Shown here piece by piece: positions 36,396 to 45,719 of a DNA stretch of 52,801 bases. The notes under the pieces are model-generated. The model was not told the origin of the DNA and searched no databases. It saw nothing but the letters and a program-made list of their open reading frames with translations. Source of the DNA: Candidatus Nitrosomaritimum aestuariumsis (lineage in GTDB: Archaea; Thermoproteota; Nitrososphaeria; Nitrososphaerales; Nitrosopumilaceae). Position 1 is the stretch's first letter. Each line of letters opens with the position of its first letter. The position numbers and the translations under genes are program-made. The stretch covers positions 1-52,801 of the forward strand of contig JACEMX010000136.1 of NCBI GenBank assembly GCA_013867335.1, in the 5' to 3' direction.

Positions 36396-37748
36396 TTGGT
36401 TGAAAAAAAGAAGAAAATCGTCATTTTAGGTGGTGGGTACGGAGGAGTAGAATGTACTAGAAAATTAGAGGAATATTTCAAAAATGAGGATGATGTTGAG
36501 ATTGTCTTAATTAGCGAAGATAATTTTCTTTTATTTACTCCAATGCTTCCTCAGGTTGCTGCCGGTATGTTGGCAACCAGGCATATTGTTATGCCGATTC
36601 GAACGATTGTTAAAAAAACTACATTCTACGAGGGAAGAGTGAAAAATATAGATCCCTATGGTAAGATTGTAAATTTATGGGGTACTGATGAAAAAAGAGG
36701 TGTCTCAATCCATTATGATTTTCTTGTAGTTTCTCTTGGAAGTGAAACTAACTTTTTTGGAATGAGTGATCTTGAAAAACATGCGTATACAATGAAGACT
36801 CTAAACGATGCCATGACTGTTAGGAATAGAGTAATTGATATGCTTGAGCAGGCAGAAAATGAACCAAATCCAATTCTCAGAGAAAGCTTGCTTACGTTGG
36901 TTATTGTAGGAGGCGGATTTGCTGGAATTGAAACTGCCGGAGAATTAATGGACCTTCTTTTGGATGCATCAAAATATTATCCAAAAATTAACAAAAATGA
37001 TATTAACGTAGTAGTATTGGAGGCTTTACCAAATATTTTACCTGGTTTTGATGAAAAGCTTGCAAAGTTTGCACATCGTTTACTAAACAAACATGGAATT
37101 GAAATTAAATTGAAAACAGCTGTAACTAGTTTTGATGGTTTTGAAATTAAGATGAAAAAAATTGTAGAAAAATCTGAAAATCAAGATTCAGAGACAGAAG
37201 CAATACAAACAAGAACTGTGATTTGGACTGCCGGAGTAACACCGGTAAACACCATCAAAAGATCTATGTTCAAAACAGAACGAGGTAAAATTATTGTCAA
37301 TGACTTTTTAGAAGTATCTGACTTTCCAGGAGTTTTTGCAATTGGTGATTGTGCTCTCTTTTTGGATCCTAAAACTGAAAAACCGTTTGCCCCCACTGCT
37401 CAGCTGGCAGAGGCTCAAGCAAAAACTGCGGCATATAATTTACACTCTTTAATCAGGAATGAGAAAATGAAGAAATTTGAATATGAATCAAGAGGCCAAA
37501 TGGCCATTATAGGAAAAAGAAATGGTGTTGCCTCAATATTTGGGATGAATATTAGTGGAATTTGGGCTTGGTTCTTGTGGAGAAATGTATACCTGTCTAA
37601 GATACCTAGGTGGGACAAAAGATTAAGAGTGTTTTTAGATTGGACTATAGATTTGTTTTTTGATAGAGATATTTCGCGACTGAAATTTGAAGACAAGAGA
37701 CCAACTAAAGAATACAAGGTTCTTGACGAAGTCGATGATGTTTGGTAA
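36396..37748 (+). CDS. ndh: Type II NADH dehydrogenase (NDH-2) / FAD-dependent pyridine nucleotide-disulfide oxidoreductase
   Basis: Two dinucleotide-binding motifs (IVILGGGYGG, VIVGGGFAGIE) and AIGDCA near the C-terminal third. TTG start. Confidence 0.75.
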   Translation: MVEKKKKIVILGGGYGGVECTRKLEEYFKNEDDVEIVLISEDNFLLFTPMLPQVAAGMLATRHIVMPIRTIVKKTTFYEGRVKNIDPYGKIVNLWGTDEKRGVSIHYDFLVVSLGSETNFFGMSDLEKHAYTMKTLNDAMTVRNRVIDMLEQAENEPNPILRESLLTLVIVGGGFAGIETAGELMDLLLDASKYYPKINKNDINVVVLEALPNILPGFDEKLAKFAHRLLNKHGIEIKLKTAVTSFDGFEIKMKKIVEKSENQDSETEAIQTRTVIWTAGVTPVNTIKRSMFKTERGKIIVNDFLEVSDFPGVFAIGDCALFLDPKTEKPFAPTAQLAEAQAKTAAYNLHSLIRNEKMKKFEYESRGQMAIIGKRNGVASIFGMNISGIWAWFLWRNVYLSKIPRWDKRLRVFLDWTIDLFFDRDISRLKFEDKRPTKEYKVLDEVDDVW

Positions 37749-37779
37749 ATAGATAGTTATAGTTTAGAAAAATTTTGAT

Positions 37780-39321
37780 TTATTTTTTGAATCTGTGAAT
37801 TAGAATCGCAGGAGCTACAAAATACATTCCAATGTTTAATGCTATAATACTAATCCCAAATCCAAGCATCTCAATTTCTGAATCAATATCTACGTGATTC
37901 AATATAGATAATGTGGTAAGCATTGGAGTAATAGCAAGTTTTACCCCCTCTTTGAAAACTGGATTTTCACGTTCAAAATCAGCTATAGTAGGTGAAAATG
38001 AATAATACAGTTGGTTAAATCCCGTCATAAAGGCAACGCCAGAATTTGTAGAAAGAATCGTATTATCTCTTAATTCTCTTAATTGCTGTACTTGAGGCGC
38101 AAGCTCAGAACCAAAAGCAGCCGTTGCAATTAAACATCCACCACCTTCATCGACCTGTTCGGTTTGTTCAAATGTTTCTTCCTTTGAGGGCTCTGATAAT
38201 ATCTGGAAGGAATCAATGGATTCATCATATCTTGGAAGTTGATTGTCAAAATCATCTATTCCGTTACTGTAAGCAAAAGTGTAAAATTTATCATTTCCTA
38301 CAAAGCTTGTCTCTTTGAATTTTACATCAAATGATGCTCCACCACTTTCAAAAATTCCGATTGCATCCGTAACATATGCTTGTTTACCGTTAATGGTTAG
38401 TCTCTCTTGAGAAACTATTTCCAAATTGCCAGTTGAAACTACCTCTTGTAATAATTCATTTTTCTCTTCTATGAAATCATCAAATGTTTTTCCCTCTTTT
38501 TCAATAACCCTCAAGGAGATTACGGGATTAATCTCTCCTAGTTTAGGACCAACAGCTACAACATCTGGAGTGTTTTCATCCATTCTTTCTGGTTCTTGTA
38601 AGAACCATCCTTCTGGGGCACTAAAAGCGAGATCCAGTTTTTCATTTTTAAATAATTGATTTCCTGTGCCTTCAGTGGGTTGTAAGGGAGTTTCTTGGCT
38701 TGAGTTAACTCTTTCAGGCTCACCTAATTGAAGCAAATCAGTTACATCAGCACGATTTACCAAAGAAGCTTTTGTAATTTTTACTTCATCTGTATTGACA
38801 GGAATGTCTCTTTGTCCGGTTTCTACTGATGCAATTTTATCTAAGGTTTCAAAGCTTTCATCAGTTGCAATTCTTCCAAATACCGTATATTGCTGGTCTA
38901 AGAAATTAGAATTTTGGTGAACAATAAAAAATTGTGATCCTCCACTGTTAGGGTCTTGAGATCTTGCCATTGAAACAATACCACGATTATGTTTAATGTC
39001 ATTAAATTCAGCATTTACAGAATGTGATGGACCACCAATTCCCCAAGTGCTAGGGTCACCATCTACAGTATTAGGATCTCCTCCTTGAATCATAAATCCT
39101 GGAATTATTCTGTGGAAAAGAACTCCATCATAAAATCCACTATCAGTCAAATTCATAAAGTTTGCAACATGATTTGGTGCGACCTCAGGGAAGAACTCGA
39201 TTACAATATTTCCTTGGCTTGTCTCCAATATTGCTAATTTATCTTCAGATTGTGCAAACGATTGACTAGTCAAAGGTATTAACATGATTGTTAGAGCAAA
39301 TAAGAAAAGAATTTTTCGCAA
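37780..39321 (-). CDS. Secreted cyclophilin-type peptidyl-prolyl isomerase with a ~330-aa C-terminal extension and membrane anchor
   Basis: Signal peptide, then cyclophilin motifs FHRIIPGFMIQGGDP and GSQFFI. The extension ends with GGGCLIATAAFGSELAPQVQQLRELRDN and hydrophobic helices. Confidence 0.8.
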   Translation of the reverse strand: MRKILFLFALTIMLIPLTSQSFAQSEDKLAILETSQGNIVIEFFPEVAPNHVANFMNLTDSGFYDGVLFHRIIPGFMIQGGDPNTVDGDPSTWGIGGPSHSVNAEFNDIKHNRGIVSMARSQDPNSGGSQFFIVHQNSNFLDQQYTVFGRIATDESFETLDKIASVETGQRDIPVNTDEVKITKASLVNRADVTDLLQLGEPERVNSSQETPLQPTEGTGNQLFKNEKLDLAFSAPEGWFLQEPERMDENTPDVVAVGPKLGEINPVISLRVIEKEGKTFDDFIEEKNELLQEVVSTGNLEIVSQERLTINGKQAYVTDAIGIFESGGASFDVKFKETSFVGNDKFYTFAYSNGIDDFDNQLPRYDESIDSFQILSEPSKEETFEQTEQVDEGGGCLIATAAFGSELAPQVQQLRELRDNTILSTNSGVAFMTGFNQLYYSFSPTIADFERENPVFKEGVKLAITPMLTTLSILNHVDIDSEIEMLGFGISIIALNIGMYFVAPAILIHRFKK

Positions 39322-39384
39322 CGAAAATTCTTTAGGTATCTTCCATAAAAGCTAATTGTATTAGTTTTTAACAAGTCGACTTTA

Positions 39385-39885
39385 ATGACTGTTATGGACC
39401 CTGATGAAAAAATTCAGGCACATTTAGTTTCAATCTGGAGAGAAGCAAAAAAGTTCTTTTCCATAGGGGGGCGAGAAGGCATGCTAATTTTAACAGACAA
39501 ACATCTCATGTTTGTTCATAAGACAGAGGCTAAAAAGAAATGGTGGGATGCAATAAGACAAAGACAAACTGTTCATTTTTTGAAATCTAAAGACACTATG
39601 ATTACTCATGATGGTTATGATGAAAATAATTTGGAAGAAGATATGGAAAATGAAAAGAATCTAGAGTTACGCTTTGATGATATTTTGGATATTTCTTTTG
39701 AGGAAAAGGATTGGGGAAGTGTATTGCTAATAGAATATGAAGAAGATGGGAAGAATGAAAAACACCAGTACTCTATTGCTCAAGATTGGGTCAAATATCC
39801 AGCAAAGGAGCCCACAAAATACATGAAAGTAGATTGGGAACCTTTTGTTCAATATATTAAAGATAGACAAAAAATTACGAGGTAA
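39385..39885 (+). CDS. Hypothetical protein
   Basis: 166-aa ORF, charged. It ends 2 nt before the next gene. Confidence 0.5.
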   Translation: MTVMDPDEKIQAHLVSIWREAKKFFSIGGREGMLILTDKHLMFVHKTEAKKKWWDAIRQRQTVHFLKSKDTMITHDGYDENNLEEDMENEKNLELRFDDILDISFEEKDWGSVLLIEYEEDGKNEKHQYSIAQDWVKYPAKEPTKYMKVDWEPFVQYIKDRQKITR

Positions 39886-39887
39886 AA

Positions 39888-40604
39888 TTGGGAAAAATAT
39901 TTGCAGTTGGTGTAGGTCCTGGGTCTCCAAAATATGTAACACAGGTTGTCAAAGAAATTATTCAAAATTGTGATGTGTTAATTGGATACAAGTACACGTT
40001 AAAGACAATTGAGGAGTTTTTGGATGGTAAGGAAGTTCACGAAATTACAATGAATAATCAAGAAGAATCTTATCAGCAAATCTTACCTATTTTAGGTGGC
40101 CGAACTTTGGTTGTTCCCTTTACAGGAGATGTTAATTTTTCTGAATCAGAAGTTGTTGATAGGTTAATTGAGATTTTTGGAGAAGTAGAAGTGGTTCCTG
40201 GAATTAGTTCCATTCAGGTGGCAGCTGCAAAAACCAGAGTTCCTTTGGATAAATCAAAAGTGATCACTTTGCATGTCACTACTTCTATAGAAGAGAAGAA
40301 GCTTGAATTGCAAAAAGCATTGATTGATGGATATAGTGTTATTTTGGTGCCTCGACCATGGCCAAAACAACCAGACAAGCATTTTATGCCTTCAGAGATT
40401 GCACTTTATCTTAAAAGAAATAATTTCAAGACTGAAAGTATGAAAGTTCATGTATTTGAATCCCTGACAACTGACGAGGAGACAAGTTTTCAGGGCACTG
40501 TAAAAGATTTGGAAGGAAGAGAGTTTTCTGACTTATCTGTAATGGTTTTCAACCAGACAGAATTAGATTCCTACATGAATTATAGATGGCAATGGGAAAA
40601 CTAA
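39888..40604 (+). CDS. Tetrapyrrole (corrin/porphyrin) methyltransferase family, probably a cobalamin-pathway precorrin methylase
   Basis: N-terminal VGVGPGSPKYVT...CDVLIGYKYTL is typical of class III SAM methylases (CbiH/CbiE-like). I cannot distinguish the subtype. TTG start. Confidence 0.6.
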   Translation: MGKIFAVGVGPGSPKYVTQVVKEIIQNCDVLIGYKYTLKTIEEFLDGKEVHEITMNNQEESYQQILPILGGRTLVVPFTGDVNFSESEVVDRLIEIFGEVEVVPGISSIQVAAAKTRVPLDKSKVITLHVTTSIEEKKLELQKALIDGYSVILVPRPWPKQPDKHFMPSEIALYLKRNNFKTESMKVHVFESLTTDEETSFQGTVKDLEGREFSDLSVMVFNQTELDSYMNYRWQWEN

Positions 40605-41527
40605 TTCCCTTGCTGGTTTTTGGTTGTACCCAGTATAAGATTATCAACATCTGGGAATGAATATACAATTATTTCCATCCAAGGATAACTAGGATCATAC
40701 AATCTGTAAAAACCCATTTCATCAAATGTAATGGTTAGAGATTCTCCTGGTTTGATGTCTTCAGTTGCAATTCTTCCGTCTGGCGTATAGGGATTATGCC
40801 TATCTCCATAATTTTCCTTTCCACTTTCAATGCTATGGGGAACATCATCTTCGTTTAGGAAAATTACACTGGTTCCCGGTTCAAGAGTTATTCTGTCTTG
40901 GGAATAATATCCCAGTCGCATCGTTGATACATTAACTCTTGGATCACGTACCTCTCCACTTGGGATGTAGCTACTTGTTATACCTTGGGTAGAAGAGCCT
41001 GGAAGAATTCTAATTGTAAGAATTTCTTCTGCAGAATTAGTTTCTATAGTTTCAACAATTTTTGTTAATTGAGATAGTTTTGCAGTGTAGATTATTTTGT
41101 ATGAATTATCTATAGTAGTAATTCTACCTGTAAATCCATATACTGATGCATCTTGGCTTTCTTCGACCAAACGGCCGAAGAAACTTATTGTTGTATCAAA
41201 TCCTTGAGCACCTTCGATGTTTCCATTAATCCGAATATAGCGTCCCTCGCGAAGAAATTTTCCTTCAAGTTCAGATATTACAAAATCTTCATTATCTAAT
41301 GTAATGAATCCATCTTCTATTAGGAAATCAATACTACTACCTGATTTTTGGTGTGATGATAAACCTATGTCAATTTCTGAAATTCTAATAATTTTTTCAG
41401 TTACTGCAAATCCTGAGCCTTCTATAAGATAGGCTGAATTTTCATTAATTTCTGCAAATGCATCGTTTATGAAAAATCCTGAAGTAATAACAAGTAGAGC
41501 TGTTAATCCTAAAAGTGGAATATTCAC
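40601..41527 (-). CDS. Secreted protein with a C-terminal cupredoxin-like domain lacking the copper Cys (tentative)
   Basis: Signal peptide. The C-terminal GTSVIFLNEDDVPHSIESG...GESLTITFDEMGFYRLYDPSYPWMEIIV resembles the plastocyanin-like fold, but no Cys ligand is present. Confidence 0.4.
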   Translation of the reverse strand: MNIPLLGLTALLVITSGFFINDAFAEINENSAYLIEGSGFAVTEKIIRISEIDIGLSSHQKSGSSIDFLIEDGFITLDNEDFVISELEGKFLREGRYIRINGNIEGAQGFDTTISFFGRLVEESQDASVYGFTGRITTIDNSYKIIYTAKLSQLTKIVETIETNSAEEILTIRILPGSSTQGITSSYIPSGEVRDPRVNVSTMRLGYYSQDRITLEPGTSVIFLNEDDVPHSIESGKENYGDRHNPYTPDGRIATEDIKPGESLTITFDEMGFYRLYDPSYPWMEIIVYSFPDVDNLILGTTKNQQGN

Positions 41528-41608
41528 AATATGTTTTCCTGTTAATTTGGTTTATAATTTGCTACTAAAGAATTTTAGACTGGATACGCAAATCCACGGA
41601 TTTTAAGG

Positions 41609-42145
41609 TTAGAGAGATGGCATTTCAAAGCCTTCTTCTTGTGCAAGTTTAATCATATAATCTTCTAAAAATCCACCAGCTAAAAGGAGACCAACTAATA
41701 TTCCAATTTCAATAAGAGTTGGTTTTAAGAAAGGAGTAAGATTGGTTTTTCTCGTAATTGCCCTAATCAAAATAAAACTTCGTGATGTTGCAAGGGAATA
41801 TGCGCAAAGCTCCATCAATCCGAATGGAGATAGAAAAAGGATTGTGAGTGGTGGGATTTGTTCTAATTCAGGGGTGATTGAGACTATAGCGGCAAAAGCA
41901 AATCCTGTAGACCAAGCAGAAAATAATCCCCATGCTACGCCAAAGCCTGGGATAAACATCGGTAATGAGATGGTGGTATTATGAGTAAAGATTCCAATAG
42001 CATCTATATCTTCAATTAATTTTTCAAATTCCTCCATGAAGATGTTTGCCTCATCTTCACTTACTTCTGACATTGATCCTAATTGAAAAGCTGCTGCAAA
42101 CAACCCCATAAAGACAAAGAATGTAATTATTCTAATTCTAGACAC
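41609..42145 (-). CDS. SpoIIM/DUF95-like integral membrane protein
   Basis: Five TM helices. The motif FTHNTTISLPMFIPGFGVAWGLFSAWSTGF is typical of the family. Confidence 0.55.
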   Translation of the reverse strand: MSRIRIITFFVFMGLFAAAFQLGSMSEVSEDEANIFMEEFEKLIEDIDAIGIFTHNTTISLPMFIPGFGVAWGLFSAWSTGFAFAAIVSITPELEQIPPLTILFLSPFGLMELCAYSLATSRSFILIRAITRKTNLTPFLKPTLIEIGILVGLLLAGGFLEDYMIKLAQEEGFEMPSL

Positions 42146-42220
42146 AGTCTCAATTTTTGTATTCAGTATTTGAGGGTTCTTAGTAGGCGCAGATTTAATT
42201 AAACCAGATATTATTCTTCG

Positions 42221-43669
42221 ATGTTGAAAAAGGAATTAACCTTTGCACTAAATTATGCACTAAATAAGGGGTTTCAGATTCATCCGGATGCGTTTGAATT
42301 TTTGGAAAATGTAGATGTAAAAAAACTCGAAAAAATAATCAAAGATATTGTAAGAGAGAAAACCAGGAAAAAATTATTTCAAATCAATCAGGATGACCTA
42401 GAGAGTTATTTTGGAATCAAAGATGATTCCAGTTTAGAGTGTGAGTACAAAGTACTTTTTGATCCAACCCCAAAAATTACGAGTGGTGAAGGAGTTAGTG
42501 GCTATAATTCGTTATTTGCAAGTCGATTTAACAAGTTAAAAAGAATAATTTCTGACAGGCCCGAATCAAGGATGTTAAAATCCATCACATCAGTCAAATC
42601 CGCCCAGTCTGAGGATGATATGTATGTCTGCGGATTAGTAACGACAAGAATTACAGAGAGAAACATTACGAAATTAATTTTGGAGGACCCTTCAGGCTCA
42701 TTTGAGGGCATAATTTTTGATAATGAATTGCAAAAAACCGCAGATACGCTCCTAAATGACCAGTTTATTATGGCAAGAGTAGCAATTGGGAAGAATTCTG
42801 GTTTTATTATAAAGGATTTGATTCCCCCTGATATTCCTGACCAGGCTTCAAACAAATCCGAATCTGAGGTTTATGCAGTCTTTTTATCTGATTTACATAT
42901 CGGAAGCAAGTATTTCATGGAAGAGGAACTTAGAGAGTTCGTTTCGTGGTTATCCAGTCCTGATCCTGTAGCACGCAAAGTCCGATTTGTCCTAATTGGG
43001 GGAGATGCAGTTGATGGTGTTGGAATTTATCCTAATCAAGATAAGGAGTTAGTTTGTCAAACCATTGAAGAGCAATTAAAAAAGATGGAAGACATAATCA
43101 GTAAGATTCCCAATTATGTCAAAATATTCATCATACCTGGAAATCACGACCCGGGAAGAAGGGCACTCCCTCAGCCGGCAATACCTAAAAAATACAATTC
43201 TAGCCTTTGGGAAAAAGATAATGTGGTTATGGTCGGTAATCCTGCTGTCGTTTCTTTGAATGGGGTAAAGGTGTTAATGTTTCATGGTCAAAGTATCGAT
43301 GATATTGTAAAAACAACCCCGGGGTTGAGTTATGATAGTCCTACAAATGTTATGAAACATCTACTTCGTGCCAGACACCTAAGTCCAATTTATGGAAGTC
43401 AAACACCCATTGCGCCTGAAAGTGAAGATTTGATGGTAATTGATGAGATTCCAGATATCTTTCATGTCGGTCATGTGCATAGAGCCCAGTTGGATATGTA
43501 CAAGGGTATTCTTTTGATAAACTCTGGATCGTGGCAGAATCAGACTCCCTTTCAGGCAAGTGTTGGAATGACTCCGAATCCTGGAATTGCGCTGATGGTC
43601 AACTTGAAGACATTCCAAGTATTGCATCAAAATTACAATTCAAAACTAGACAATATCTTGCAAAGTTAA
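42221..43669 (+). CDS. DNA polymerase II (PolD) small subunit DP1
   Basis: OB-fold region followed by calcineurin-like phosphoesterase motifs (FLSDLHIGS, GGDAVDG, PGNHD, GHVH). Confidence 0.9.
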   Translation: MLKKELTFALNYALNKGFQIHPDAFEFLENVDVKKLEKIIKDIVREKTRKKLFQINQDDLESYFGIKDDSSLECEYKVLFDPTPKITSGEGVSGYNSLFASRFNKLKRIISDRPESRMLKSITSVKSAQSEDDMYVCGLVTTRITERNITKLILEDPSGSFEGIIFDNELQKTADTLLNDQFIMARVAIGKNSGFIIKDLIPPDIPDQASNKSESEVYAVFLSDLHIGSKYFMEEELREFVSWLSSPDPVARKVRFVLIGGDAVDGVGIYPNQDKELVCQTIEEQLKKMEDIISKIPNYVKIFIIPGNHDPGRRALPQPAIPKKYNSSLWEKDNVVMVGNPAVVSLNGVKVLMFHGQSIDDIVKTTPGLSYDSPTNVMKHLLRARHLSPIYGSQTPIAPESEDLMVIDEIPDIFHVGHVHRAQLDMYKGILLINSGSWQNQTPFQASVGMTPNPGIALMVNLKTFQVLHQNYNSKLDNILQS

Positions 43670-44854
43670 GTCATCTTTGAAGGTCTTTTTTATCATTTCA
43701 GAAGATATGGTAAGTTTGTATTTTTTTGTTCTTCCATGGATACCTTGATGGACTAGTCTGCCAGTGATAATTCCAGATAATTCTATTTCACTTAGCATTT
43801 GAGTAATTCTTCTTTGGGTAAGCTCATCGCGTCCTACTGTTTTACATAATGCCTTGTATGAGGTATAGATTTCTCCTGTTGACTGACCCCCAGCCTTCAT
43901 AATTGCTAAGATTACGAGTTTTTCATGGAGAGGATATGATTTGAGGGATGTTTCCTCCTTATTTTCTTCAATTTTTTGAGATGCCTCACGTACGTGGTCT
44001 TCTGTTACTTGGTCTGATTGTTGTCTTTCAGCAATTTCTCCCGCTACTCGAATCAAATCTATTGCCCTTCTTGCATCTCCATGCTCACCTCCAGCAAGTG
44101 CGGCACATAGGTTTAGGGCGGGTTCTTGAACTGTATTGGGAATAAATGCCTGATTGATTCTTTCTTCAAGAATTTTCTTGATTTGCTCGACATTATAGTT
44201 TGTAAATACGATTTCCTCTTCTCCTAAACTACTAATGACTCTAGGATCCAGTTTTTCTTTGAAGGTAAGATCATTTGAGATTCCAACCAAAGTTAAGGAT
44301 CCTAGGTTAAGTCTCTCATTTGCTCTTGTTAATTGGTATAGGATATCCTTACCGGTTTTTGAGACAAGTTGAGCAAGATAATCAATTTCATCTATAACAA
44401 AAATGGCGTTGATTTTACCTAATTCAATGGTATTCAGGATTCGTTTAAAGACTTCACTTATTGCTAATCCTGTTGTGGGTAGTTCTTTTTCTGTTAATTC
44501 TAATTGCCTTCCAAGACTGACCAATAATCCATAGAGGGTGGTTTCATCTTTTGAGTTAGCATAGACCAATTTAATTGGAAAGTTTGATTTTTCTACTCGT
44601 TCTTGAATTTTAGAAATGACCTTCTTAACTACCAAAGTCTTTCCTGTTCCGGGCTTGCCATAAACTAGGAGGTTAGATGGGCGAGATTGTTTTAGGATTG
44701 GTAGTAATGATTGGGTGACTTGTTCCTGTTCGGAGTTTCTATGTTGAATGGTTTCAGGGATATAGGTAAAATGAAGGATATCACGATTTTTTATTATCGA
44801 CTTTCCTGATTGAGCTGCATCAAGTAATCTATCAATTGGGTCTTCCATACTCAC
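43646..44854 (-). CDS. cdc6: Orc1/Cdc6 replication initiator
   Basis: AAA+ Walker A GKPGTGKT, Walker B FVIDEID, sensor regions and a C-terminal winged helix. The 3' end overlaps DP1 by 24 nt. Confidence 0.95.
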   Translation of the reverse strand: MSMEDPIDRLLDAAQSGKSIIKNRDILHFTYIPETIQHRNSEQEQVTQSLLPILKQSRPSNLLVYGKPGTGKTLVVKKVISKIQERVEKSNFPIKLVYANSKDETTLYGLLVSLGRQLELTEKELPTTGLAISEVFKRILNTIELGKINAIFVIDEIDYLAQLVSKTGKDILYQLTRANERLNLGSLTLVGISNDLTFKEKLDPRVISSLGEEEIVFTNYNVEQIKKILEERINQAFIPNTVQEPALNLCAALAGGEHGDARRAIDLIRVAGEIAERQQSDQVTEDHVREASQKIEENKEETSLKSYPLHEKLVILAIMKAGGQSTGEIYTSYKALCKTVGRDELTQRRITQMLSEIELSGIITGRLVHQGIHGRTKKYKLTISSEMIKKTFKDDLTLQDIV

Positions 44855-44992
44855 ACACCTACATTTCTACTAGATAATATCATAACCATATCTGAATTAA
44901 GAGAGTATAGAATAGAATACTAACTGTAGTTTAGTTTGTAATTAATTATTTTTAGTTAGATTTTCTCAAAAAAAAAAATTAAGAAAAAGATA

Positions 44993-45016
44993 GAGTGGAA
45001 ATATTGGTGTGTGGGT
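44993..45016 (+). repeat. ORB-like box (GAGTGGAAATATTGGTGTGTGGGT)
   Basis: GTGGAAAT core followed by a G-rich tail, as in archaeal origin recognition boxes. Inverted relative to the other two boxes. Confidence 0.45.
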
Positions 45017-45085
45017 AAATCTCATTATTTTGAGTTAACATTTTGTTAATTTTATGTTAAGAAATTACCCAAAAAGCCCATTTTA

Positions 45086-45108
45086 CCCCCTTTATTTCCA
45101 TTCCAGGC
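45086..45108 (-). repeat. ORB-like box (minus strand GCCTGGAATGGAAATAAAGGGGG)
   Basis: TGGAAAT core plus a G-string. 21/22 identical to the copy at 45149-45170. Confidence 0.55.
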
Positions 45109-45148
45109 GTTAAGAATGACGTTAACAATGTGAATATCTATAATACAA

Positions 45149-45170
45149 CCCCTTCATTTCCATTCCAGGC
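45149..45170 (-). repeat. ORB-like box (minus strand GCCTGGAATGGAAATGAAGGGG)
   Basis: Direct repeat of 45087-45108 with one mismatch, 62 bp apart. Confidence 0.55.
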
Positions 45171-45330
45171 ATGAAAATATCCAATTATTAATCAAAAATA
45201 CTACCTAGATTGTTAATAACAAAAATAGGCCTAGGCGTGGGCTAGGCAGTCAATGTTAACAAACCCTTTAGTTAACAAAACTTCGCGGATCCATTGAACT
45301 GTTAACATTCGATCCTCAAAGATCTCAAAG

Positions 45331-45717
45331 ATGGCAAAAAAACGAATACGTATTGATATGGAAGACGCTGATGGGGCACGTTACGATATAAAATTAGAAG
45401 GCAATGTTACTCGCGATAAGGTCTTAAAGATTTTTGAAATGATGGACTTGATGAATATTGAAGAAGAACAAGAAACAACTAATATTGATTCTATAGGAGC
45501 AAAAATTTGGCATATAGTAGACAAATTCTTCCCTATGGGCAAATTTACATCCACCAATATTTTAGAAAAATATGAAGATGAATATAACGAACCAGTAAAA
45601 TTAAGTATTATTTCCACTTACTTATCCAGGTTTTCCACCAAAGGTAAAATCAACAGAGTCAGAACAGGGCGAGAATGGACTTATCAAACCATTAAACTTA
45701 GCCAAAAACAACAATAA
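45331..45717 (+). CDS. Small origin-adjacent protein with a possible C-terminal winged helix
   Basis: 128 aa. The C-terminal FTSTNILEKYEDEYNEPVKLSIISTYLSRFSTKGKINRVRTGREWTYQ looks like helix-turn-helix plus a beta wing. Judged by eye. Confidence 0.5.
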   Translation: MAKKRIRIDMEDADGARYDIKLEGNVTRDKVLKIFEMMDLMNIEEEQETTNIDSIGAKIWHIVDKFFPMGKFTSTNILEKYEDEYNEPVKLSIISTYLSRFSTKGKINRVRTGREWTYQTIKLSQKQQ

Positions 45718-45719
45718 AA

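Larger units (their letters stand above)
44960..45175. other. Predicted replication origin core (oriC)
   Basis: Immediately upstream of orc1/cdc6. A11 tract at 44968-44978. One plus-oriented and two minus-oriented ORB-like boxes flank an AT-rich 45017-45085 stretch. Confidence 0.6.
45034..45306. repeat. Array of GTTAAC(A) palindromic motifs
   Basis: Perfect GTTAAC at 45034, 45121, 45255, 45271 and 45301. GTTAAT/GTTAAG variants at 45045, 45056, 45109 and 45212. The first three sites are spaced 11 bp apart. Confidence 0.85.

Noticed and set aside
36254-36481. 75-aa minus-strand ORF bridging the 35662 and 36396 genes
   Set aside because: It overlaps the ends of two better-supported plus-strand genes and has an implausible composition.
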